Assembly: GCA_964252035.1 (NCBI GenBank)
Contig: OZ176204.1
From: Podarcis erhardii
Taxonomy: Eukaryota
DNA length: 64,000 bases
Direction: 5' to 3' (one strand)
Part shown: positions 1-11,889 of the stretch, one piece after another
Numbering within the stretch: position 1 is the stretch's first letter
Layout of the letters: every line of letters starts with the position of its first letter
Notes under the pieces: generated by a model
What the model was told of the DNA's origin: nothing
The model's input: the letters and a program-made list of their open reading frames with translations, nothing else
Databases searched by the model: none
Program-made: the position numbers and the translations under genes

Positions 1-424
1 CTCATTAACAACGTTAGACAAATATCAGGCAGGAAAGGCAGATTAAGAAGTAGGCGAATACACGTTTCAACAATTTACATTCCAGAAACAAACCACAGCA
101 GAAGGTAGAACCCTGGCAGGCTTTCTAGCATGCTGTGGGAGCCAGCATTAACAAAAACGTGATACAATTTAGGATAGTGAAGGAAATGGAAGGAAATGAT
201 GTGCCATGTGAGCTGGGCCTTTTCAAGTGCCCAAGGCAATCTCTCAAAAGAAGATTAAGTTCACACAGGATTTCAGGGATTTCTGGAGACTATATTGGAA
301 CATTATAGCTTTCATACAGAGGCTGCCGAAAAATCTTTCCTGTAGCAGCACTGTCCACATCGCAGTGTATTTTAAAACTTATTACATTTTGCATTTGTTT
401 TAGTATGATGTTTATTTGTAGTCA

Positions 425-790
425 TTTGTCAAATGTCTATTTCATCCTTCCTCCCAAAGGAGCCCAGGGCAGCAAACACAATAATAAAACAATACAAATA
501 AAAACATGTTAAAAATAATATTGATATAAAACTTCTACAAACGTATTAAAATGATCTAAGAGCAATCATATACTCTCACAGTTAATCTTTTAAAGGTTGC
601 CGGAAATGGCATATTTCAGCCATCAGATGCCTGGGTAAAACAGAAATGGTTTTACTTCCAGGACCGCCTCTCCCCCTATAAACCGACCTGGACTCTGCGA
701 TCATCATCTGAGGCCTTTCTTCATGTGTCTTCTTCACAAGAGGTTTGGAGGGTGGCAATATGAGAATGGGCCTTTTCTGTAGTGGCTCCC
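425..790. mobile_element. Two adjacent L2 LINE 3' fragments (minus about 425-660, plus about 661-790)
   Basis: Squamate L2 3' motifs cagatgcctgggt on the reverse strand and gaccgcctctcccc...ccttttctgtagtggctccc on the forward strand. Confidence 0.6.
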
Positions 791-1069
791 TGTGATAGAT
801 AGACAAGAAGTAAAATAAATTGCTCCTAAATGGAGAGCCACCATTGGGAAGACCCTGTGCAATATGTGCCATGTATCCACATCAGTGCTGTCTGTCACCA
901 GGGATGTGTGTCGTGCTGCCTTAAAGATTCTGTACTTGGCTGGGCTTATGGAGACGGGTAAAAGGCTTTCAAAATATTACACCTGCCATGTAGAATACAG
1001 TTGTGAGAAAATACTTTTCAGTGGCTCCATGTGTGGTTCATTGTGTGTTAAGTCCTCCACATGGTTACT

Positions 1070-1424
1070 AGGTAAAGGTAAAGGGACCCCTGACCATTAG
1101 GTCTAGTCGTGGCCGACTCTGGGGTTGTGGCACTCATCTGGCTTTATTGGCCGAGGGAGCCGGCATACAGCTTCCGGATCATGTGGCCAGCATGACAAAG
1201 CCGCTTCTGGTGAACCAGAGCAGCGCATGGAAACGCCATTTACCTTCCCACCAGAGCAGTACCTATTTATCTACTTGCACTTTGAAATGCTTTTGAACTG
1301 CTAGGTTGACAGGAGCAGGGACCGAGCAACAGGAGCTCACCCCATCGCAGGGATTTGAACCGCCGACCTTCTGATCGGCAAGTCCTAGGCTCTGTGGTTT
1401 AACCCACAGCACCAACCGCATCCC
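1070..1424 (-). mobile_element. Sauria SINE, full length (lacertid type)
   Basis: Reverse complement of a tRNA-like head (gggatgcggttggtgctgtgggttaaaccacagagcctagg), the typical body, and a (TACCTT)n tail. Confidence 0.9.
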
Positions 1425-2540
1425 AGGATGCATTTTTTGCGTAGTGCTCTCTTGAATTGGGAGTGTTGGGGTTTCTTTACCCTTTTCAGGGTGATACATT
1501 CCAAACAGTTAAGTTCACAATATTTCATTTTGAAACACCAAATTCCATTCCTTGGCAGCATACAAAAGAGCACGCAGAATAGAGACAGGCCAGACCCTTG
1601 GAGCCATTCCAGAACAAAGTTCTCTCCTCCACTTGTTCTACAGTATAGCTGAAAAACGGGTGGGTGGGTGGGTGACTGTACTACAGTTGTGTGAGGCGAG
1701 AGGTGACTTAGAGAAATAATGAATGAGCCTAGCTAAGTGTTTCCTACAAAAGGAGTCTGCTGAACTTAACTGCTGCCAATGCAGAGAGAGGAGGGAGAGA
1801 GCTCCTCCTCTGATTCTAAATAAGAGCATATCGTAAGTCTGATATCACAGGGCAAACGTGGGTCATCCCTCTGGGGCAGGTACTGTTGACAAGCCGAGGG
1901 ATTTGGGACCAAGCTGTTGTTTCATTGTTGAAACTCGGGAGGCAGCCAGGATGAAAGGCTTTCTGGGTATTGTCTTCAAGCAGTGCAGCGGGTCTGAACA
2001 AATAAAGTTCTGATCCTTTCCCATGCATCTACCTTTGCATCACACCTGGAAAGCAATTACTGAGCAATGGGAGGAGGAAGAGAGGTGGAAAAAAACTAAG
2101 ATACGAGTTTAGAGGGCTCATTTGGAGCACTTTGGACAAGCTGGATCCCTCCTGATGTAATCTGCTGGACCTGAGGAAGATAGGGACCAGACAGTGGTGT
2201 AGCTGGATTTGTGTAAGGCTTTCTGTATTCTTGGATGAGACTGTATCAAACATCTGAGACAGTCTTTGGGGGAAGGGTTGTGGCTCAGCATGTGCTTTGC
2301 ATTCAAAAGATCTCAGGTTCAGTCTGTAGCATCTCCAGATAGCTCTGGGAGACAGGAGTGTAGACTTCAATTCCTTCATCCACGTCACTTATAAAGATGT
2401 TGAACAATATGGGTCTTTTAGGATGGTCACTTTAAGATCATCTTTTTTACAGCTCTGCATACCGTCTTTTAGGCCCAACTGAGGCCTTGCCATCTGTTGC
2501 TCCAAAGAAAGTGTGTGACCTTCCTGCTAGGATCTTAATA

Positions 2541-2784
2541 CAGTGGTACCTTGGAACTCGAATGGCTCCATTCTCGAAGGTTTCGGCTCCTGAACACCGA
2601 AAACCTGGAAGTAGGCGCTGTGGTTTTTGAACGTTCCTCGGAACACGAACGTCCGACACGACTTCCACTGTGCAAAAACCTCGCTGTTGGCCAATTGGAA
2701 GCCGCGCCTTGGAACTCGAATGTTTCAGAAGTCGAATACGTAGTCTTCTGGAATGGATTATATTCAAGTTCCAAGGTACAGTTG
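2541..2784. mobile_element. Tc1/mariner (pogo/Tigger-like) MITE
   Basis: TA|CAGTGGTACCTTGG...CCAAGGTACAGTTG|TA. Confidence 0.85.
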
Positions 2785-5700
2785 TATTTGCTTCCCCTCT
2801 TTGACCATGAGGGCTCACAGGCTCATAGGCACATGCACACCTCCCCCCTTTTGTGCCATTCCTTTTGCCATCTCCCATTTCCTTTCAGTCTTGGAAATAG
2901 CTGTGTTCAGAGCTGTGCATGCACCAATCTTAATGCTGGCCATAGTTAAGAGATTAACAAGAGCCGATCAAATTCTGCTTACCTTTTCTAGCAAGAATCA
3001 TAATATGCCGTGTTGTTCTTGTGGTAGGGCTGCCTGATTACTGTGGATGGAACCATCAGTTTGAGTTTTTCCTCTTTCGGTGGCGCCTGATCACAGCTGA
3101 AATCTGACAAAAGAATGTTAATGGTCCAGGGTGGCTGAAAGTCTTTTTACAGGAGCTAATTGTTAGAAGATGGTTTACTTTACTGAGACAGAGAGATCTC
3201 TGGAATGTTTGAAATACAAGAGTTGTCAGAGTTTGGAGAAGATGTGTGTTTGATGTATGTTTGTAAAGGAATCCAAGAAGCAGATTGGGGGCAAAGCAGT
3301 GACAGGAGCAGGGAGCAGAGAGCTGTGGGATGAAAGCTGCCTTGTGGGTGCAGAATCTCTCTGGTGATCTGATATTGGTTACCAGATCCGCTGCCTTGTA
3401 GAAATGCACGTGTTTCTCATGCTCACTGAGTATATATGAAATTTCACAAGTTTCCAGTGCTTTCTGTCCCCAAAGAAGAAGCATCTTAACTTGGTGGTGG
3501 TGGGGAAGTAACAATATGGTATGTTACTCTTCCCTGTGCTCACACACATTCATCTAAATGTATTCTATAAAACCAGTGTGCATGTATGTATGGCATGCTT
3601 ACCAGTTATAGACACACACAAAAGGCTCACTCCACTAGCCAACTGCACCAATCTTCCTCTTGGGCAAGCCCACCTTTACACCTCATCCACCTACTCACCT
3701 TTCCCTTCACAGATCAAGGAGGGGAGGTTCTTCAGTGTTCTGAAGTGGCTCCCTCCCTCCATTAAACCTCACTGCAGCTGCACGTATTGGAGCAGGGAGG
3801 CACTTCAGAGAGGTTTGCCAAACCACTCTCTGAAACGCCTCCCCTCCTCGGTTAATTAACTTGCCTGGGCTGCCATCCTGTTGACACAGTGGAGTTGGCA
3901 TGGTCACATACTGATGGCCATGTGAACAGCAGCCTGATGGCAGCCTTACATTTATATGTGTATAGGAAGACATACTCAGAGACACTCTATTTGTACACTG
4001 AACACTTTTAAACAGCAACATAATCCCCTTCTCCCAAAGAAGAGTTTACATTCAAAATGTTGCCCTGGAGTGTAAAAAGAGGAGCTGGCTAACTGTTTTA
4101 AATGGTTTAATAAAATTGAAGCTGCAATCTTATGTGCACTTGAGAGCAAGTCACAATGAACTCACTGATCTTACTTCTGACGTGTATGGGAATGTTTAGG
4201 AGTGTCTGAACAAGTTTCTTTGTTTTCTATTAAATTTTATTTGTCATGTGGCACAATCTGTCTGGATTCCTTCATGTGAAATAGTGGCCCAGTTTGCGTG
4301 ACTCATTGAACCATAGTTGAAAACAAGCACTGATTTAATGTGAATGTGCAGCAAGTGGGTGCAATTTCTACTCCTGCAGGGAAGTAAAGCCAGAGTCTGA
4401 CTTGTCACTATATCTAAACTCAGAGACCTGGTTTGTTTCCCTCAGCCCACAATCTACTCAAGTTATAACTAGTGGCTCTTTCATATAGCTATAACTATAA
4501 CTAGTGGCTCGTTCATATTTTTACAAGACCAAACCTTGGCTACTGCACATGGTTTGTTTTGGAGAAAAACTAACCATGAGCTTGGGTTCAGATGTCACAA
4601 CAAGCCAGGATGGGGTCACTTCCAGAATGTCAGCATGCTGTGGGAAGGATTCAAGTACATATCACAACTTTAGGTTTGTGTAATTAAAGTGGATTAAAGT
4701 GCTTTGTCACCCAAGCCCAACAAATCCACTTAAAGACAGCAACAACAAACCTTTTGTGGCTTAGGAAGGCATATAAATACCAAACAAGCAAATCAGGATT
4801 AATGCTTATTGTCATACAAAACAAATCAGAATGAATGTACAATAAAGGCCAGATATAATCTAACCTCTGCATAAGCGAATCTAAATGAATGCTTAATATA
4901 TAGGTTGTCTGGCGGCAGCAGCAGCAGCAGGAGTCAGCAAAGAAGATCCCCCCCCCCCCCCGGAAACTGTATGTTCACATTAAATAATAAACTATGGATT
5001 TTTAGCTATGGTTAATGTGATGGGTAAACTGGGCCACTGATTGTTCTTTTGCCCACTCTCTTTCACATATCACGTTGTGAATCATCAGAAGGACCAGGGC
5101 ATAATACCAGCTTGCAGCAGAGAGGATGCTGAAGTGCCTTGCAGCCACAATGGTGCAGCTACAATTAGCCCAGACACAATTCAATGCCATGTTATATAGT
5201 GGACATTGTTCTGCATATGTGAATGTTTGATTTGTGGAGGCCCAAAGGGCATTGTGGGGTGTGAACCCCCAATTCTGCATTTGCTATTGCCATCTGAGAT
5301 TATCACACATTTTGGATAAAATGACTGTGGATTTTGAAGGAGGTAATCCTCCAGTCATGGAGATATATGACATGGGATATACTCAAGCTTTTTCTGGGGT
5401 TCATGGACACATACCTGTAAACGTTAGCTCTTTTAAAAGTTTTCTGATTAAGCTGTGTTTGGATCTTCTGTGCAAACAAGGAATTGGAGAATCGGAAACT
5501 ATTAACCCAAGGAAGCACTGTGCAGCAGATTGGGAAGTGCTATGAGACTGTGACGGGGGGCTGACTGTACTGTGATTTTGGTCTGACAAGTCCAGTGGAC
5601 TTGATTTTGTTACTGTCAGTCAAAGGTTAAGAAGAGCACGTGGTGCATATTCCTTTGACAATCTTGACAAACAGACTTTGACTAGCCGAGCTGTTGTGTT

Positions 5701-6291
5701 TACCCGCCTTGCATTTATCTAATTGCCTTTGAATCTAGTTATACTGGCCTTTCTTTGTCATTAAGGTCTTGTTTACAAGTCTTGGGTGACAATGATTTTT
5801 TTAGAGACTTGGTTTGGAATAGCAACTCTGAATAGGCAGCCTTGTCTTACATGTGCCGTGTTCACTGACGCTATTGTCTTAGAATCTAATACTTACATCC
5901 TGAAGCAAATCCAGCCTATCAGGTTGAAGTAGTCACACCAGTATCCCCCCTCTGGGCGATGGGTTCTCTTTTCCTTCCTTTGTATGGTGCACGGGTGCTA
6001 GCTGCTGTAAGGCTAATAACAGATAATAAGATAAGGCTATCAATGGCTACTAGGCACAATGACTTTGTTCCACTGCCACTGTTCAGTAAGCCTCTGAATA
6101 TTAGTTGCTGGGAATCACAAGTGCTCAGGTCCTGTTTGTGGACTTCCTACAGATATCTGGTTGGCCACTGTGAGAACAGCATGCCTGACTGATCCAGCAG
6201 GGCTTTCCTTCATGTTCTTATGAGTTAAGCCAGCCCTTAACTGTTAAGGACTCTAATCAGTTTAGACTTCAACAAACGTGAGGTTGAAATG

Positions 6292-6544
6292 GAAGAAGAA
6301 GAAGAAGAGTTTGGATTTGATATCCCACTTTATCACTACCGTAAGGAATCTCAAAGCGGCTAACAATTTCCTTTCCCTTCCTCCCCCACAACAAACCCTC
6401 TGTGAGGTGAGTGAGGCTGAGAGACTTCAGAGACGTGTGACTAGCCCAAGGTCACCCAGCAGCTACATGTGGAGGAGCGGAGACGTGAACCCAGTTCACC
6501 AGATTACAGGACTACCGCTCTTAACCACTACACCACACTGGTTC
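6292..6544 (-). mobile_element. CORE/MIR-type SINE with L2-like tail
   Basis: Reverse-strand tRNA head (ccagtgtggtgtagtggttaagagcggtag), CORE (tgactagcccaaggtcacccagc on +) and a (TTC)n tail. Confidence 0.8.
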
Positions 6545-8522
6545 TTGACTGGACTGAGAGTTGCTCAGATTAGTTATGACATCAGTCTTTCCTTTCACAA
6601 CTGAGTGGTGCCCCATGTAAAAAGTTTTCTTTTAAATTTGGCTCCTATAAAGGTTAGTTGGAAAGTTAATTTTGAGAGGGAATCTATCTTGAGTTATGCC
6701 ACCTGGGCAGGCTAGGACCAATGTTAAACACTCTCTCACACACACTTGGAGCACAACATGACATTGGTTGTGGGGGAGGAAATAGTGAAAAAAACTATTG
6801 GTGCAGTAGTGGGAACCATGTATTTGGGGTGAGACTATCACTGGCAGAACACCAGCAGTGCAAAATTTGAAGAATGGAAGGGAAATGTGAAAAATCCTAC
6901 GCCTACTCCTGTCTCTTGCAATGGGATAACCTTCTGTTTACAATTAAGATGATGAAAGTTTTCACGTTCCATTGAAATTAATGGGAGTAGTCCCAGCCTT
7001 AACAGCACCTTTCTTCACTTCCACAGCTACAAGGATTTTGATTAACCCTGCACTTGATCAGAGCATCCTCATGCAAGGCATTCTGCTGGTGTAATGCCAA
7101 GAAAATATGCAATGGGAAATCCACATGTTTCTATTAGAGAAATTCTGTCTTCTGAAATGAAGATTCCATCTTCTGTGACTCTCTCATAAGTTGTTCCTGG
7201 AGGTAGATTCTGAGCCAATTGTTAATGTTGCATAGATACAGCCCTGTCTCAACATGCCACCAGAAGAGGTACTTCTGGGAAATCCCAAAATTGATTGCAG
7301 TATGCTATTCTGAGGAATTTCCAGGTTAGAAGAACTGTGGTGAACTGTACTATTTGGTTTTTAAAGGATGAGTAGGATTGGGTTGCCCACATTGTGTTTC
7401 CAAAGTTTGAGAATCCCATATATAACTAAGACAGTGAGCTATGAATCAATGAGTCTTTGTTTGAGTCTTGTCTCTACTCTTAACTCACTAGGTGCCCTTA
7501 GTCAGGGTAATCAACATGGTTCCCTCCAGATGTTGATGGACTCCAACTCTCATCAGCTCCAGCTAGCACGTCCAATGTTAAGGGATGATAGAGCTGTAGT
7601 CCAGCAACATCTGGAAGACCACAGACTTTCCACCTGTGCCTTAGGCATATCACTCTCTCTTTATCAACTTGTTTTTCTCTCCACAACCAGTATCCTCTTC
7701 AATATGGGGGATATAAAGGTTGAAAGAATTGCAACTAGATAAATGAATGCACAGTGTTTTGAATGCTTCAATGCAATATACCAGTGTTAAGTATTATTAT
7801 TAATGGCATTGAGTTTAATAGTACAGATATGATCTAGTTAAATCCTGAAAAATGAATCTCCAAGTAAAAAACATCTAACTTGTTCAATGGTCCAGTAATC
7901 CAGTAATCAGTCTTCCACAAGTAATTCCTTGATGTACCAAAGACAACAAATAACCTTGGTCTTACTATAATGTATAGATAACTGATCTTTCCTGCAATAA
8001 TTTCCCAAAGCTGTCAGATAGTGTCTCGTCAAAATTGCCTGGGCAAATGAAAGTTGAATTCATGTCATCCCTACGGAATATATCTTGTAAGTATATAGAA
8101 ACAAACAGTTACTATTCAGAGAGAACATTGTTGCAGCTCAGTGGTAGAGAACATGCTTTGGGGTGATGTGGGGCAGAAAATTTTCCAAAATGGTACCTTT
8201 TTCACAATACATTTTCTGCATCATAGGTTCATAAGTACCAACGAATGGCTGCAAACTGCAAATACAATATTAGTTAAGCTTTGAAGTTTCAGTATTATTA
8301 GCTGTTTCTAAATGCAAATAAAATAAAAACACTAAATTGATAGAGCATTGGATCCCACCCCTTGCAAACTCCCCCCCCCCACCCTGATGCACAATATGTT
8401 CTTCATGCAGAGGGTCCAAGGCTCAATCCCAAGCAACTCCAGGTAGGACTGGGAAATACTTCTGCCTGAAACCTTTGAGATGGTGCCAGTGTCAACAGTG
8501 CTGTGCTGGATGCACCAATGGC

Positions 8523-8815
8523 TTGATACGATACGATATCTTTATTGTCATTGTCCCATACAGAACCATGGAACTGAAAATCTACATAAGACATTCAAAA
8601 ACCCCTAAAAACTCTGAAACCCCATTTTAAAATACAATATACTATAGAGACTCCTTATGCTGCATTTAGAACCAGAATTGCATTTGCATAGACGTAGAAA
8701 CTGTTTCTCAGGCGGCTAACCCTGGTCTTTATAAACCTATACCTTCTTCCAGAAGGCAGAAGCTGAAAGAGATCATACTTGAGCAGGTATGGCAGCTCCC
8801 TATGTTTCTGTGTAG
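8523..8815 (-). mobile_element. LINE 3' end, Rex1/Babar-like
   Basis: Reverse-strand caatgacaataaagatatcgtatcgtatc tail. Confidence 0.5.
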
Positions 8816-9132
8816 TTCAGAAGTTGTTATTATTATCATTATTGTAATTCAATCTTTATTGGTTTAAAATCAATATAGACACACAAGGAAAACTTAGAAA
8901 AAGAAAAAAGGAAGGAAACAGAACAAAAAACACACACCACAGTACATCTCTTACAAATAAAAAATAAAATAGAACAGTACATCACGAATATACAATTTTA
9001 AAAAAATATTTTTGTGTAGTTCAGAGTTTTATGGGAATGCCATCTTCCCCAGGCAACGGAAATTATTTTATTCTGTGAACCACCCTGAGACCTCCGGGTA
9101 TAGGTTGGTATATAAATTTAATAAAATAAATA

Positions 9133-9300
9133 CCATACTTTTCTGTGTATAAGACTAGGTTTTTTTAACTAGAAAATTAGGTTTAAAATTGGGGCTCATC
9201 TTATACACGGGTAGTGCTGAGGGGTGTTTTCTTAATTTGGAGTCCCCCCAAATAGGGGGTGTCTTATACATGGGGGCATCTTACACGCAGAAAAATACGG
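9133..9300. mobile_element. TA-flanked MITE with CCGTA-type TIR (Tc2-like)
   Basis: TA|CCATACTTTTC...GAAAAATACGG|TA. A right-end fragment of the same family lies at about 51770-51831. Confidence 0.8.
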
Positions 9301-10999
9301 TAAATAAAAATTAAGGGTTTAAACACCTCTTTACCTATTATAGGTAGTGCAGTCCTAATCATGTCCCCTCAGAAGGGAGTTGTATTGAATTCAGTAGGTC
9401 TTACCCTCAGGTAATTGGGATTTGGATTACAACCTGAATCCTTTATAATGTCCCGGTTATCAGTGGCACTAGCTGAAGAGTTTAAAGCTTAGAAACCATT
9501 TTCTCAGGCCAAATTAGAAGTGTTTGCCACGAGTCAATTCTTGTTATCACAATTGTGATCAACTAGCTTCCAAGATGCTTAAGCGTCATTTCATCTAGTT
9601 GGGTGCTTGACTTCTTCACAAAATTGTTTCTGAAAATGGCAATTCTTAATTTTCGCTACCATCTTATATCCTTACTTTCTAGCTCTCAAATTGTTCAGCA
9701 CAGTCTCGGAGTTAGATCATTTAAGCCCCCTAGCTGATTGTTCCATTGCTTTTTCAAGCTCATTCTATTAAAATCAATATAAATTGTTTGGCACCTTTTC
9801 CAAATCCCCCAAGAGCAGTGTGATTAAGTTTTGATGTTGGCGCTCACCTGCTTCTATCACTCATTCTGGATCATACCACACTGATTTTTGGGTGGGTGTA
9901 ACATACAGTAATTGTTAATAATAGTAAAAATAAACATTTATAATAATAAAGCTGCTTTTATTAACATTTTTGAAGTGGGAAGAGAGGGAAGAGATGGATC
10001 AGAACTGCCCACATATAAAAAAATCAGAGAAAGCTCTCCTGGAATAGTTTAAAATGTGGCATTATAAGAGGTGCACATTTATTTTTGTATTTTCTGAGCA
10101 CTAGGTAATTTTGGGTTTACAGAGGGGGAAAGTGTGAGGTAGAAGTTGTATACAGTGAAGAACTGTGGGATACAGGGGAATTAATTGGCACACAAGGGGT
10201 AGACAATCCACAATTAACTTAGGTGTGAACAGGTCCTAAGTGGACCCATAGGATCATCCTGTTTGAGGGTTAAGTATTTGAGGGAGAGAATGGAAGGACA
10301 TGTTTCTGTTCAGATTTACAACCTGGAGGAGAGACTCCTCAGTGGGGTCATATGGAGTCTTTATCTAGGCAAATTTTCTAGCCTCCAGGGGCAAAGTCGA
10401 AAAATTCCCATGCAAAGATGCTCTGCAAAGACGTGGGTGGATGGAAATTGCCCTTCTATCATCGCTTCATCATCTTAAACACAAAATGCGTTAAAATATG
10501 CTAAGTGGAGGAACTAATCTGCTTTAAGTGGTTTTAGATCTGCAACTCTGAATCATTGGCTAGATTAGATAGTATACTGGTAATTGTTCACACAAGACAT
10601 GCCTCTTGGAAGCTTCTCCTGAAGCCTCTCTAGTACCTGTTATGAGGCCACAAATTCTTTTCTCTTGGGATCCTGGATACCCAGGGTTGGCATTACTGCC
10701 CGCTCCCCAACCTGGACAGGAGGCGGGTTTTTTTTTGCTTTTTTTGCGGGATATGGATTACTGTATGTGCACTCTGCACATGCCCAGAGGGCTGCCTTCT
10801 TATTTTTGTTCTCAATTACTTCACACCTTTCCGGGCCGAATCTTGACCCTCAAGACCGGTTCCGGTGTTCCTTTTTAAATTTCCAATTATTTTTGAACCC
10901 AGCCCCTGCCCCCAACCCCGCAAGCCCCCTCCTTTCCCCTGGCCTGGCTGGCTGAGGGTTTCAGGGTAAGCCGCGCTGGCCCTTGCTGAAGGAGCCCGC

Positions 11000-11205
11000 T
11001 AGATGGCGGCGCAGAGAGCCTCGCGCGGGTTTCCTCGCTCGCTTCCCAGCTGCGGCTTCTCGCCTCGGTGGCGGCGGCCGCTCATTCGGCACCGGCTCGG
11101 ACCGCGAGCGGGAAGGCGAATCCGGGCCGGGGGGGGGGCGTTCTGGCGGGCGCGCGAGCGAGCGAGCGAGCCGTGTGGGACCCGCGGGCAGCGGCCGGAG
11201 CGCAG
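11000..11205 (+). other. Probable first exon (5' end approximate); contains ATG at 11003
   Basis: GC-rich segment ending at the donor gcgcag|gtgaga, followed by a G-rich intron start. Confidence 0.65.
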
Positions 11206-11753
11206 GTGAGAGACGGAGGGGGGCGGCTGCGCGTGGAGGGGGAGACGAGGCCGTGTGGTGTATATAGACGTGTGTGACAGAGTGCGCGTGAGAATGGGCG
11301 TCTAATTGGGGGGCATTCTGGGGTAGCAGGCGGTGGACAAAGAGGGCTCCTCGGAATATGCGGCTGCGGGAGGCTTGGAGGGCTACGGTCGTCTGAAGGC
11401 GCGTTGCTGCCTGCAAGCGCAGGAGGGGTGTGTGTGAGAGAGAGAGAGAGCGAGCGAGCGCTTGGGCTTACGGCGAGGCGGAATATAATGTGTAGTGGGG
11501 GGGGGGGCTCTGCGCTGGACCAGGTTTTGGGGTACGTGGGGGGCGTTCTGAGGAGTCAGGATATGGCGGGCAATTGGGGCATCGTGAGAGAAAAGGGGCT
11601 GGGGCATTCTGGAGGTCAGGGCATGGGGGGGGGAGAGGATAGGGACGTGGAGGGGAGCAGGCTCAGGTGTGGGGAGCGGACGAGAGGATCTGGGCCAGCC
11701 TGGGGCGGTGGGAGCTGCTGCTGGAGGTGGAAGCTGCGAGGTGTGCCTCGAGG

Positions 11754-11889
11754 CAGTGGCGTAGCGTGGGGGGTGCAGGGGGGGCCGGCCGCACCGGGCG
11801 CAACATCTGGGGTTAGGGCAAATCCACGGGTTAGGGGGCGCAAATTACTTGCCTTGCCCCGGGTGCTGACAACCCACGCTACGCCACTG
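11754..11889. mobile_element. hAT-superfamily MITE, 136 bp short form
   Basis: Perfect 17-bp TIR CAGTGGCGTAGCGTGGG...CCCACGCTACGCCACTG and perfect 8-bp TSD CCTCGAGG (11746-11753, 11890-11897). An 8-bp TSD is characteristic of hAT elements. Confidence 0.9.

Noticed and set aside
2447-2949. Overlapping ORFs on both strands
   Set aside because: Explained by the TA-flanked MITE at 2541-2784; no transposase similarity.
1-10800. 3' exons of a neighbouring gene (SLF2 lies upstream of SEMA4G in human, from recollection)
   Set aside because: No frame or exon resembling SLF2 or any other known protein was recognised.
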